A stretch of 64,000 nt of DNA from Acinetobacter phage vB_ApiM_fHyAci03. Position 1 is the first letter of the stretch; each line of letters opens with the position of its first letter. Shown here piece by piece: positions 10,137-18,231 of this stretch. The notes below the pieces were generated by a model. The model saw only the letters and a list, made by a program, of their open reading frames with translations, ran no database searches and was not told the origin of the DNA. The DNA is taken from the sequence record NC_049438.1; one strand, given 5' to 3'. The position numbers and the translations under genes are program-made.

Positions 10137-11408
10137 ATGAATCAAAAACATATTGATAAACTTATGATTGAATCTGTTCAATCTTCTGATAGCTTAATTG
10201 ACAAGCCAGCATTATTAGGACTAACACGAGCTACAACAAATTTAGTCTATCATGACTTAGTTGCAACTCAATACACTGATAAGCCTATCGCTGCTCTATT
10301 TGGTGTAAAGTACCTTAATCCAAATAAAGAATTAACATTCGTTACTGGCGCAACCTATGGCGGTGCTTACGGAGAAAAAGAACGTGCATCTATGGTAGAA
10401 GCAACCATTGGTATGACTCCATTAAAAGGCACCGAATTTAAGCACAATAATATTGTATACAAAGTACTAGTTGACGATCCATTTGCAGGCATTACTGAAA
10501 CAGAATTAGATGACATTATCGCAGAAGCAATCATTCTATCAACGATTAGACTCGCATCTGAAGCGGCAGAAACATCAAAATTTGAAGCAGAAGATTCATC
10601 AATTTCTGATTCTCGGTTTGAGATCAATCGTTGGCAGGCTAATGTCAAGTCTCGTAAGTTAAAAACTGAATTGTCAGTTGAGCTTGCACAAGATTTAGAA
10701 GCCGCAGGTTTTGATACTGCCGAGTTGTTAGAAGATCTATTAGCTACACAAATGGCAGAAGAAATTAACAAAGACATCATGCAGTCGTTGATTACTGTTT
10801 CACGTAGATTCAAAATTGATGGTGCAGAAAATGCTATCCTAGATTTATCTGCAGTAGGAAGTTCAGTCGATCAAGCTCGTAATTTATATCGCTATGTATG
10901 TGAAATGAATGCGAATATTCAAAAAACTACTGCATATAGCGCTACATTTGTACTTGCTTCTGCTCGTGTTGCGGCTCTATTATGTTCGTCTGGATGGGTT
11001 AAAGCAAATGCAGATGAAACACCAGATGCATCGATGGGTGTCCTTAAAAATGGTCTTGCACTATATTCAGATAACAACAGTCCAGTAGATTATATTATTG
11101 TTGGTGTAAAATCATCATTTGGCGAACAAGAAAATGTTGGGTCATTATTTTACGCTCCATATGTTGAAGGACGTCCCGAAGGCTCTGATCCGACCGACCA
11201 TGTCGGTGCATACAAGGTCATTAATGATCCGAATAGTTTGCAACCAAAAATCATGTTACTTATTCGATATGCGTTATCTGTGAACCCTTATACGGTCGGA
11301 CTCACTGATGCACAGGCAAAAGTTGTTGATTCTACAAATTTAGATAACTTCGCGGGTCAAAGTGATATGTCGATCATACTCGGTGTCAAATTGCCAAAAT
11401 TAAAGTAA
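10137..11408 (+). CDS. 24: Head vertex protein gp24 (gp23 paralogue)
   Basis: 423 aa (T4 gp24 is 427 aa). It shares a motif with gp23 (SRKLKTELSVELAQDLEA versus SRQLKAQYSIELAQDLKA). Confidence 0.9.
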   Translation: MNQKHIDKLMIESVQSSDSLIDKPALLGLTRATTNLVYHDLVATQYTDKPIAALFGVKYLNPNKELTFVTGATYGGAYGEKERASMVEATIGMTPLKGTEFKHNNIVYKVLVDDPFAGITETELDDIIAEAIILSTIRLASEAAETSKFEAEDSSISDSRFEINRWQANVKSRKLKTELSVELAQDLEAAGFDTAELLEDLLATQMAEEINKDIMQSLITVSRRFKIDGAENAILDLSAVGSSVDQARNLYRYVCEMNANIQKTTAYSATFVLASARVAALLCSSGWVKANADETPDASMGVLKNGLALYSDNNSPVDYIIVGVKSSFGEQENVGSLFYAPYVEGRPEGSDPTDHVGAYKVINDPNSLQPKIMLLIRYALSVNPYTVGLTDAQAKVVDSTNLDNFAGQSDMSIILGVKLPKLK

Positions 11409-11435
11409 CATTTCTACTGAGATAAATTACACACA

Positions 11436-11464
11436 AAAAGGGAGCCAAATGGCTCCCTTTTTGT
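11436..11464. terminator. Bidirectional terminator between convergent gene 24 and hoc
   Basis: AAAAAGGGAGCC-AAAT-GGCTCCCTTTTTG. Confidence 0.6.
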
Positions 11465-11465
11465 T

Positions 11466-12551
11466 TTAATATATGATTCCGGCATCCAATGCAGAACGAT
11501 GAACAATACGTCCATGTCTAGATTCTTGGACATCCACTTCCGGGAAATCTTTAATCATTTTAGCTAAAGTTAACAAATGATAGTAGTATGGATTATCTTC
11601 CGGAGGTTGTTTCCAATCACCACCAGTTTTTGTAATCTTTTCAATTTCATCCATTACCCACCAACCAGCCCAAATATATGCAGAATTACGATGTGGAAGA
11701 GGATGGACATATTGTCGTTTATCTTCAGGTATAACGATTTCTTTTTCTGCAACATTAACCGATGTACTTTTCTTAACAGTGAACGGCAAATAATTTGCAT
11801 GTGTTGCAGTTAATGTACATTCATGGTTAACTGTACCAACGCTTGAAGCCGTTACATTAATTTTTGCTGTTGTCTCTCCAGTATTCCAAGCGTAAGCATA
11901 AGTAACACCAGCTGGGCCGCCTGAGGCAATAGCATCAACAGAATAAACATCACCAACTTTAACATCAGAACTATCCGCCAACACGTTAAAATTGACACCA
12001 GTCATTGCAGTTTTATTAACTGTGATTGTTAATTCATTCGAATCAATAATCTTATCAGTATAATCAGTTGCTTTGACTGTGATCTTACATGTAAGCTTTA
12101 CTGGTCCAGGAGCAGTTGGTGTTTTAGTTGTAGTTGCAGTAGTCGAACCATCCGACCAAAGATATGTTATTGTTGCGCCAGCTGGTTGACCTGCAACAGT
12201 TGCTGTTGCTGTATAAGATTCACCAAAATTAATAGTAGGTTTCGATGTAGCAATAGAACCGGTAGTAGTCTGGGTAATTTTAGTTACAGTTAAGTTCGTT
12301 GTTGCCGTTTTAACATCATCGGCTTCGCCTTCGACTTTAGTTGTCGATGTAACTTTAATTACATTTGTGCCTACCTTTGTAGTTACATAGTCTAACGTAT
12401 TAGTTGTTGAAGTTTGAGCAACTCCATCGACTTCCCATTTATATTCAACAGTCGAACCTTCTGGCGCACCAGTAACAGTTGCAGTAAACTTTTGAGTTTT
12501 CCCTTTTTCGACAGAAGGGTTAACTGGGGATATTTGTAATGTTGTTGCCAT
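11466..12551 (-). CDS. hoc: Hoc, highly immunogenic outer capsid protein (tandem Ig-like domains + C-terminal capsid-binding domain)
   Basis: 361 aa. Thr/Val-rich tandem ~90-aa repeats (TATVTGAPEGSTVEYKWEV..., TATATVAGQPAGATITYLWSD..., AIASGGPAGVTYAYAWNTGE...) followed by a Trp-rich C-terminal domain. Position 24-hoc-inh as in T4. Confidence 0.85.
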   Translation of the reverse strand: MATTLQISPVNPSVEKGKTQKFTATVTGAPEGSTVEYKWEVDGVAQTSTTNTLDYVTTKVGTNVIKVTSTTKVEGEADDVKTATTNLTVTKITQTTTGSIATSKPTINFGESYTATATVAGQPAGATITYLWSDGSTTATTTKTPTAPGPVKLTCKITVKATDYTDKIIDSNELTITVNKTAMTGVNFNVLADSSDVKVGDVYSVDAIASGGPAGVTYAYAWNTGETTAKINVTASSVGTVNHECTLTATHANYLPFTVKKSTSVNVAEKEIVIPEDKRQYVHPLPHRNSAYIWAGWWVMDEIEKITKTGGDWKQPPEDNPYYYHLLTLAKMIKDFPEVDVQESRHGRIVHRSALDAGIIY

Positions 12552-12560
12552 TAGTTGTCC

Positions 12561-13271
12561 TTAGCTTAAAGTCACAAAACTTGAATTTCGTGTTTCACGA
12601 ATACGGACAGAGCCGTCACGATTGATGTAATAAATTAAACTTTTCAGTACATCTAATCCATGGTAATGCGGGAAAGCATTTGGGTTAGATTTCCAGTCAG
12701 GATTTTGTGTGATCCATTCATAGATCCACCATGGTAGTGTGTAATATCCTGGCGCAGGACCAATGAGTTCAAATGCAGGTTTAAAATTATCCGGCAAAAC
12801 TGATTTTGGCGATTCAATATCTTGAGGCACAATTTCCGCTGAAAGCTTAATTTCTTGTACAGGTGTTATAGGTTTAATAACAACATCGGCTACAACTTTT
12901 TCACCAAGCTCACCAGTTTCAGTTCGAACATCGATAATTTTAAAATCTTCAACCACAGGTGAATCAATTAACAATTTTTGTGCTTGTTCTTTGACTTCAT
13001 CAAAAACTAGTTTGCCATCTGAGCTATCAGCCGCAGTGATCAAATCATTGATTGTCAAGCCTTCATTTTCTTCAGGCAGTGGCTCATTAGCCAATTCAGC
13101 GAGTCCGGCTTTAATATCAGCTACAATTGAATCAAACGATTTTGTCTTTTTAATTCTGATGCCAAACGTTGCTGCGTATTCTGCTAACTTCTCTTTGGCA
13201 AGACGCTTGTCTTCAACTGAAATTTGCTCTAACTCTTTTATATAATCATGATCTAACATGTATTTCTCCAA
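12561..13271 (-). CDS. inh: Inh-like protein (inhibitor of prohead protease), assigned by synteny
   Basis: 236 aa. Located between hoc and uvsW as T4 inh is. Confidence 0.5.
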   Translation of the reverse strand: MEKYMLDHDYIKELEQISVEDKRLAKEKLAEYAATFGIRIKKTKSFDSIVADIKAGLAELANEPLPEENEGLTINDLITAADSSDGKLVFDEVKEQAQKLLIDSPVVEDFKIIDVRTETGELGEKVVADVVIKPITPVQEIKLSAEIVPQDIESPKSVLPDNFKPAFELIGPAPGYYTLPWWIYEWITQNPDWKSNPNAFPHYHGLDVLKSLIYYINRDGSVRIRETRNSSFVTLS

Positions 13272-13289
13272 TATGGGATTAATTTATTT

Positions 13290-13311
13290 TATTTATACTT
13301 GCGTATAAATA
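13290..13311. promoter_or_regulatory. Divergent late promoter pair: TATAAATA on the - strand (13290-13297, for inh/hoc) and on the + strand (13304-13311, for uvsW)
   Basis: TATTTATA at 13290-13297 is the reverse complement of TATAAATA. Exact TATAAATA at 13304-13311. Confidence 0.4.
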
Positions 13312-13340
13312 TCTTTATACTAAAGCTTAGGTAAAGAATC

Positions 13341-14855
13341 ATGAGTGACATCAACGTAATGTTTTACGATTATAGCCACATCAAGATCAGTACCCAGCAG
13401 TCGATATTCAGAGAACTAAGAGATTACTTCTCATTTTATGTGGATGGATATCAGTTTTCGCCTAAATATGTTTATGGTACTTGGGATGGAAGATTAAAGA
13501 TGCTTGGAACTGATGGCTTGCTACCATTTGGCCTTTTAGGACAAGTAGTAAAATTTGCGCAGAATAATATGCTATCAATTGCTATCCATCCAGATGTTTC
13601 AGCTAAAACTGAAATGACACGTGACGCCTTCAATGATTGGATTAGTTCTAAGACGTATTATTCTGGCTCAGAAGAAATCTTCCCATATTGGTATCAACTC
13701 AATGCAGTATATGAAGCCATTGTTAACAAGCGCAGAATTTTGAATTTGCCTACATCAGCCGGTAAATCGTTAATTCAAGCCTTATTGTCAAAATATGTCA
13801 TAGAAACATCAGATCGTTCAGTTTTAATTTTAGTGCCAACAACTTCTCTTGTAACTCAGATGAAAGATGATTTTGTTGATTATCGATTGTTTGAAGAAGA
13901 TGAGATTGCAGAAGTTCGTTCAGGCAAGCGCCAAAAGCATGAACGAATTGTTATTTCTACATGGCAATCAGCTATCAAAAAGCCAAAGGAATGGTTCAAT
14001 CAATTCAATATGTTATTGTGTGATGAAATGCATTTAGCCATTGGCAAATCTATTTCAGAAATCATTAACAAATTAAACTACTGTGAATTCAAAATAGGCT
14101 TGTCTGGATCACTACGTGATGGCAAAGCCAATTTAATGCAGTATATTGGATTGTTTGGTGAAATCTATAGCCCAGTTAGCACAAAGGACTTAATGAATGA
14201 TGGACAAGTTTCACAACTTCGAATTAACGCGTTATTCTTGAAATACCCAGAAACAGTTTCAAATGCAATGGCTAAACATGACTATGCAACAGAAGTTAAG
14301 TTCATTACAAACTTAGCCAAACGAACACAATGGATTTCAAATCTATCATTACGACTTGCAAATAGATCAGAAAATGTTTTTGTCATGTTTAAAAATATTG
14401 AGCACGGTAAAGCGATTTATGACAGCATAAAATCTAGTGGTCATGAACATGTGTATTATGTTTCAGGTGAAGTTAGTTCAGATGAACGAACACATTTGAA
14501 GAAAATGGCTGAAGAACACACAGGTGTAATCATCATTGCTTCATACGGAGTTTTCTCTACAGGTATTTCCGTTAGAAATCTACATCATGTCATTTTAGCT
14601 CACGGAGTAAAATCAAAGGTTATAGTCCTGCAGACAATCGGGCGTGTTTTGCGAAAACATTCTAGCAAAAAGGTTGCACAGATTTGGGATCTAATTGATG
14701 ATATGTCTATTACTGTCGAACGAGACGGAGCAAAACAACGTAAAAATGTTAATTATTTGTTGAAACACGGTATAGACCGTGTTGAACGGTATGCTGCAGA
14801 GCAATTTGACTATATTATGAAGGACGTTTACTTTTTAGAGAATAACCGCTCATGA
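13341..14855 (+). CDS. uvsW: UvsW RNA-DNA and DNA-DNA helicase
   Basis: 504 aa. MSDINVMFYDYSHIKISTQQSIFRELRDYFSFYVDGYQFSPKYVYGTWDGRLKML parallels the T4 UvsW N-terminus. Walker A motif NLPTSAGKS. Confidence 0.9.
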   Translation: MSDINVMFYDYSHIKISTQQSIFRELRDYFSFYVDGYQFSPKYVYGTWDGRLKMLGTDGLLPFGLLGQVVKFAQNNMLSIAIHPDVSAKTEMTRDAFNDWISSKTYYSGSEEIFPYWYQLNAVYEAIVNKRRILNLPTSAGKSLIQALLSKYVIETSDRSVLILVPTTSLVTQMKDDFVDYRLFEEDEIAEVRSGKRQKHERIVISTWQSAIKKPKEWFNQFNMLLCDEMHLAIGKSISEIINKLNYCEFKIGLSGSLRDGKANLMQYIGLFGEIYSPVSTKDLMNDGQVSQLRINALFLKYPETVSNAMAKHDYATEVKFITNLAKRTQWISNLSLRLANRSENVFVMFKNIEHGKAIYDSIKSSGHEHVYYVSGEVSSDERTHLKKMAEEHTGVIIIASYGVFSTGISVRNLHHVILAHGVKSKVIVLQTIGRVLRKHSSKKVAQIWDLIDDMSITVERDGAKQRKNVNYLLKHGIDRVERYAAEQFDYIMKDVYFLENNRS

Positions 14856-15646
14856 ATTACAAAAGAATATACGATGAACTTATTAATAATGCGCTAAATC
14901 GTGCTAGTGTCAAATCTAAAGCTGCTCCTGGAGAATTAGAAACGCATCACATCGTGCCTAAATGCATTGGCGGCACTAATGATACTACGAATTTAGTTAA
15001 TCTTACCACCAGAGAGCATATTATCGCGCATCTTTTGCTTGCTAAAATTCATGGCGGGAAATTAGTACGAGCCGCCATGGCAATGCATATGGGGCGCCCT
15101 TTATATAAATCGTCACGAGGCTTGGCAGCAATACGAAGTGAGTTTTCAAAACAACGAAAGGAACAAATGAAGGGAAATACATTTGGCTCTTATGTTTGGA
15201 CACCTGAACGCAAAAATATACACAAACAAGCGATGAGCTTGGTAGGGTATACTGATGCTAAACGTAAAGCTCTAGAGAAAGCGTGGGCTAAAAATACCGG
15301 GTCCAAGCAAACACCTGAAAGTAATTTTAAGCGTTCAAATAGTATGAAATTATTAGGGTTTGTCCCGGTTAAAGCAGGAGACTTTAAGACTTGTTCTAAT
15401 GCTGGCAAAGCCAATAAAGGTGTCAAGAAATCATTTAGGTCTGAGTCACATAGTGAAAATTGGAAACGGTCATTTAAACAAAGGTACCCTATTTGGGAGT
15501 ATGAAGACCAGATACGAGAAATATGGTACGCCCATGATAAACCTAAAGTAGCAACTTTAAGAAAGATCGCTACGGCTAAAGGCATACCAGAAGGACACCT
15601 CGGTAAAATGTGTGCTAACTTTTTTAAACAAGATGGGACCAAATAG
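14852..15646 (+). CDS. HNH homing endonuclease (freestanding)
   Basis: 264 aa. HNH motif ETHHIVPKCIGGTNDTTNLVNLTTREHIIAH followed by a basic C-terminal half. ATGA overlap with the uvsW stop. No counterpart at this position in T4. Confidence 0.8.
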   Translation: MNYKRIYDELINNALNRASVKSKAAPGELETHHIVPKCIGGTNDTTNLVNLTTREHIIAHLLLAKIHGGKLVRAAMAMHMGRPLYKSSRGLAAIRSEFSKQRKEQMKGNTFGSYVWTPERKNIHKQAMSLVGYTDAKRKALEKAWAKNTGSKQTPESNFKRSNSMKLLGFVPVKAGDFKTCSNAGKANKGVKKSFRSESHSENWKRSFKQRYPIWEYEDQIREIWYAHDKPKVATLRKIATAKGIPEGHLGKMCANFFKQDGTK

Positions 15647-15654
15647 GTCCCTTT
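15635..15654. terminator. Bidirectional terminator hairpin between the HNH gene and convergent - strand ORFs
   Basis: GGGACC-AAATA-GGTCCC followed by TTTG. It overlaps the HNH gene stop codon. Confidence 0.4.
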
Positions 15655-15660
15655 GTGCTA

Positions 15661-15930
15661 TCAATAATTTTCGTCACAGTCTTCACACATTTTGCGATCA
15701 GCTATTTCATTGTAGACACGAATTTCAACTCGTCGCCAATGATCACACTCTTCACAACAAAACACACGAGTTTCTAAGTTGTCAATAAAGATGACTGAAT
15801 GCTTTAGATTCGGATCTAAATTCATTTCGATCAAATTTTTCTCTAGCGCATTACCCCAAGTTTCTTCTAAACCGTCTAGGCGTTCTGCTAGCCCATCCAT
15901 TTGGATATCGTCTGGTTGCTCAAATTTCAT
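15661..15930 (-). CDS. Hypothetical small Zn-ribbon protein (uvsY.-2-like position)
   Basis: 89 aa with a CCEEC...CEDC motif. Confidence 0.5.
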   Translation of the reverse strand: MKFEQPDDIQMDGLAERLDGLEETWGNALEKNLIEMNLDPNLKHSVIFIDNLETRVFCCEECDHWRRVEIRVYNEIADRKMCEDCDENY

Positions 15931-16192
15931 AAGGCTTACTCCAAAATGTTAAAAATCTATTGCGCATTTCATCATCGCATAAGTTGAAAATAATCAAACA
16001 AATCGAATCATGGTCTTCTTCATCAAAAAACTTGACTAGGCCTGTCATAGATTTTTTAGATCCATCAGAAAATGCTAAACATTTTCCATCTTTATTGCGC
16101 AGTATTATTTCTTGGCACCAGTTATGCACCTCAAGTTTAAATATTTTGCCATTAGCGTTTATTGTTACAATAGATGTAGGTAAAGTAACCAT
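15920..16192 (-). CDS. Hypothetical protein
   Basis: 90-aa ORF. Its end overlaps the neighbouring genes. Confidence 0.45.
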   Translation of the reverse strand: MVTLPTSIVTINANGKIFKLEVHNWCQEIILRNKDGKCLAFSDGSKKSMTGLVKFFDEEDHDSICLIIFNLCDDEMRNRFLTFWSKPYEI

Positions 16193-16509
16193 TATTTGTA
16201 CTCCTTTTCATCTACATAAAATTCGATGAATTTGTCGACATCCTTGGATGTTGCGTATGCTGTTACAACCCCACGTTCAAAGTCAAAACTTTTAACTAAT
16301 AAACGTTCATGCCATGGATCAACTGCCCAACCAAATGGATATTTACGATACGGACAAACATAATGGACATTACATTCTTCAACGCCATTGAACATTAAAC
16401 CAGGAGATCCAACAAATTGAACTACCCATCGTTCAGATGTGTTACGTACAGTAGGCGTATCGCATGTTAATTTAGTAGTTTCAGCGCGAAATGAATTAAC
16501 TTTGCCCAT
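16192..16509 (-). CDS. Hypothetical protein (no similarity to UvsY)
   Basis: 105-aa ORF. Confidence 0.5.
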   Translation of the reverse strand: MGKVNSFRAETTKLTCDTPTVRNTSERWVVQFVGSPGLMFNGVEECNVHYVCPYRKYPFGWAVDPWHERLLVKSFDFERGVVTAYATSKDVDKFIEFYVDEKEYK

Positions 16510-16584
16510 GATATTTTACTCATATCGTTTAATATGTATGCATTATATACCACAAAAGGACCATAGTAAATAGTCCTTTGTAGA

Positions 16585-16752
16585 TTATTTTAGCTTTTTA
16601 TCAGTGTACTTGCAACAAGGTACAAAATGAGAAATATAAACTCCTTGTTCATGACATGGACATCCACATTTTTTAATAATCTCATTCTGCTGTGCTGTTA
16701 GCACAGGTTTCCCAATTTTAAGAATTTTGTTTAGTACTTTTACTAATTTCAT
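16585..16752 (-). CDS. Hypothetical small Cys-rich protein (55 aa), not in the provided ORF track
   Basis: Hand translation of the - strand: MKLVKVLNKILKIGKPVLTAQQNEIIKKCGCPCHEQGVYISHFVPCCKYTDKKLK. ATGA overlap with the upstream small ORF. Confidence 0.35.
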   Translation of the reverse strand: MKLVKVLNKILKIGKPVLTAQQNEIIKKCGCPCHEQGVYISHFVPCCKYTDKKLK

Positions 16753-16916
16753 AACAATAACTCTGTTTCTAATAGCATGTCACCATTAGATTCTAGAACT
16801 GGCAAATCTTGAATGTGCTGCAAGCAGTGTCCAGGATGGACAGGTCCTTGATCAGTCTCAACTACCAATGCTTCATCAATCGGCATCTTACATACCGAAC
16901 ATATACGTGTTTCCAT
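16749..16916 (-). CDS. Hypothetical small Zn-ribbon-like protein (55 aa), not in the provided ORF track
   Basis: Hand translation: METRICSVCKMPIDEALVVETDQGPVHPGHCLQHIQDLPVLESNGDMLLETELLL. The stop TGA overlaps the ATG of the next small ORF. Confidence 0.35.
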   Translation of the reverse strand: METRICSVCKMPIDEALVVETDQGPVHPGHCLQHIQDLPVLESNGDMLLETELLL

Positions 16917-16994
16917 TATTATTCTCCAAATGTGTATAGATGTATTTATAGATCTTTGAACAGCTGATATATCAGATACATCTAAACCATCAGT

Positions 16995-17075
16995 CCCCTA
17001 TCTTCTCCGACCGAATAGATATAATTAGAGCGGTGAACCGGTAGAACCATTATACCATCAAAATTTTATAAAGCA
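16995..17075 (+). repeat. Copy A of a dispersed ~80-bp intergenic element (identical 36-bp core at 17019-17054: ATATAATTAGAGCGGTGAACCGGTAGAACCATTATA)
   Basis: 36/36 identity, plus the shared flanks TCCGACC upstream and CATCAAAATTTT...AAATGT downstream, with the copy at 48191-48270. Confidence 0.7.
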
Positions 17076-17121
17076 AATGTGTGCTTATACATAAGGCGTT
17101 CAACAGATCAAATTTTGATCA

Positions 17122-17520
17122 TCACTGATGTCTAGCGCCACTAAGTTGTAGCTTTAGTTGTTCAAGTGTATCCGGGTTATCTAAGATGCTAAACATAACA
17201 GTTACAATAATAGCATTATTATCATATTGTGCTTGCACTGTCACGCCTAGCCTAACAATTCTTGGCTCATATGCACGAATAGCTGATGTTATGCTTTTTT
17301 CTACTGTACTAACTGTAAGTGGAGACATGTTTTCAAATAAAGCATCGCCAATTTCACAGCCGAATTCTGGGTCAAATGGACGAGAGCCTTTAGGTGTTGT
17401 AATAATTCCTAAAAGAGAATTTTTAACTGCACGTGCGCCAACAGATGCAGCTACATCCTTATTCCATGCACGTGCCATTTCAGGTGATATGTCTGTATAC
17501 ATATCATTAATATTTTGCAT
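17122..17520 (-). CDS. 25: Baseplate wedge subunit gp25
   Basis: 132 aa, exactly T4 gp25 length. GPW/gp25-like sequence. Synteny 25-26 divergent from 51-27. Confidence 0.85.
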   Translation of the reverse strand: MQNINDMYTDISPEMARAWNKDVAASVGARAVKNSLLGIITTPKGSRPFDPEFGCEIGDALFENMSPLTVSTVEKSITSAIRAYEPRIVRLGVTVQAQYDNNAIIVTVMFSILDNPDTLEQLKLQLSGARHQ

Positions 17521-18164
17521 TATAGCACCTCAACAAATTCTTTAAAGCCTTTTATAATATGTACATGAGACTTGCCACACTTAGGACATTTGATTGGCAC
17601 AACCAGCACAGGTTGTGGAGCTAATAAAAATGATTTGATATAATTAATATCATCTTCAGTTATTGCATTGTATAGATCTTCTAATTCAAGCTCATTTAAA
17701 TCTTCTACATAAATTCGTTCATCACCTACATAAATCGATTCTATAGATTTTGCAATCATTAATGGCACATTGTCGTCATCCCAGAGTTCAGGCCATCTAA
17801 ATGCCACTTTAAACTTTTTGAATGGATACAATGTCTCGAGATTACTATTGCCGTAATCTATCTGTGCTTTAGAGACATCTAACTCTACATCATGTACATG
17901 CCCGCATTCACATGTATATTCTTGTGTGACCTTTCCAAAATGTTCGCTATTTGCGATTAAATTGATTAGAACTAATTCGGCATCATGTTTCGGTAAATTC
18001 ATGAGCCCGGTACACTTCTCAATGATTGACGAGTATACCTTCTTCATATTATCGGAGATTGTCGAATCTTTAGAAATTATAAGGCTTGTATAATCTCTCA
18101 ATGAATATGATTTACATTCTACAACGCTAGAGCCTAACTTAACATTGAATTTCTTTTCAAACAT
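17520..18164 (-). CDS. 26: Baseplate hub subunit gp26, assigned by synteny and size
   Basis: 214 aa (T4 gp26 is 208 aa). ATGA-type overlap with gene 25. Cys pairs CECGH...CPKCG. Confidence 0.6.
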   Translation of the reverse strand: MFEKKFNVKLGSSVVECKSYSLRDYTSLIISKDSTISDNMKKVYSSIIEKCTGLMNLPKHDAELVLINLIANSEHFGKVTQEYTCECGHVHDVELDVSKAQIDYGNSNLETLYPFKKFKVAFRWPELWDDDNVPLMIAKSIESIYVGDERIYVEDLNELELEDLYNAITEDDINYIKSFLLAPQPVLVVPIKCPKCGKSHVHIIKGFKEFVEVL

Positions 18165-18197
18165 AATTTAGTAGCCTACTAAAAGTTTTATTAAGAG

Positions 18198-18209
18198 TAT
18201 TTATAAATA
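18198..18209. promoter_or_regulatory. Palindromic bidirectional late promoter TATTTATAAATA (TATAAATA on both strands) between gp26 and gp51
   Basis: 18202-18209 reads TATAAATA on the + strand (gp51 ATG 23 nt downstream). 18198-18205 reads TATAAATA on the - strand (gp26 start at 18164). Confidence 0.5.
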
Positions 18210-18231
18210 TTTTTAATAAAAGGAGGCTTAT

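Noticed and set aside
11466-12551. Hoc Ig-like repeats considered as a possible diversity-generating or hypervariable cassette
   Set aside because: The three repeats are divergent at the nucleotide level (ordinary ancient domain duplication). No template repeat or reverse transcriptase is nearby.
17186-17545. 119-aa + strand ORF overlapping gene 25
   Set aside because: It is fully antisense to gp25, which is an exact-length T4 homologue. It has no Shine-Dalgarno sequence. The conserved intergenic element just upstream made me consider it as a promoter target, but the ORF has no recognisable features.
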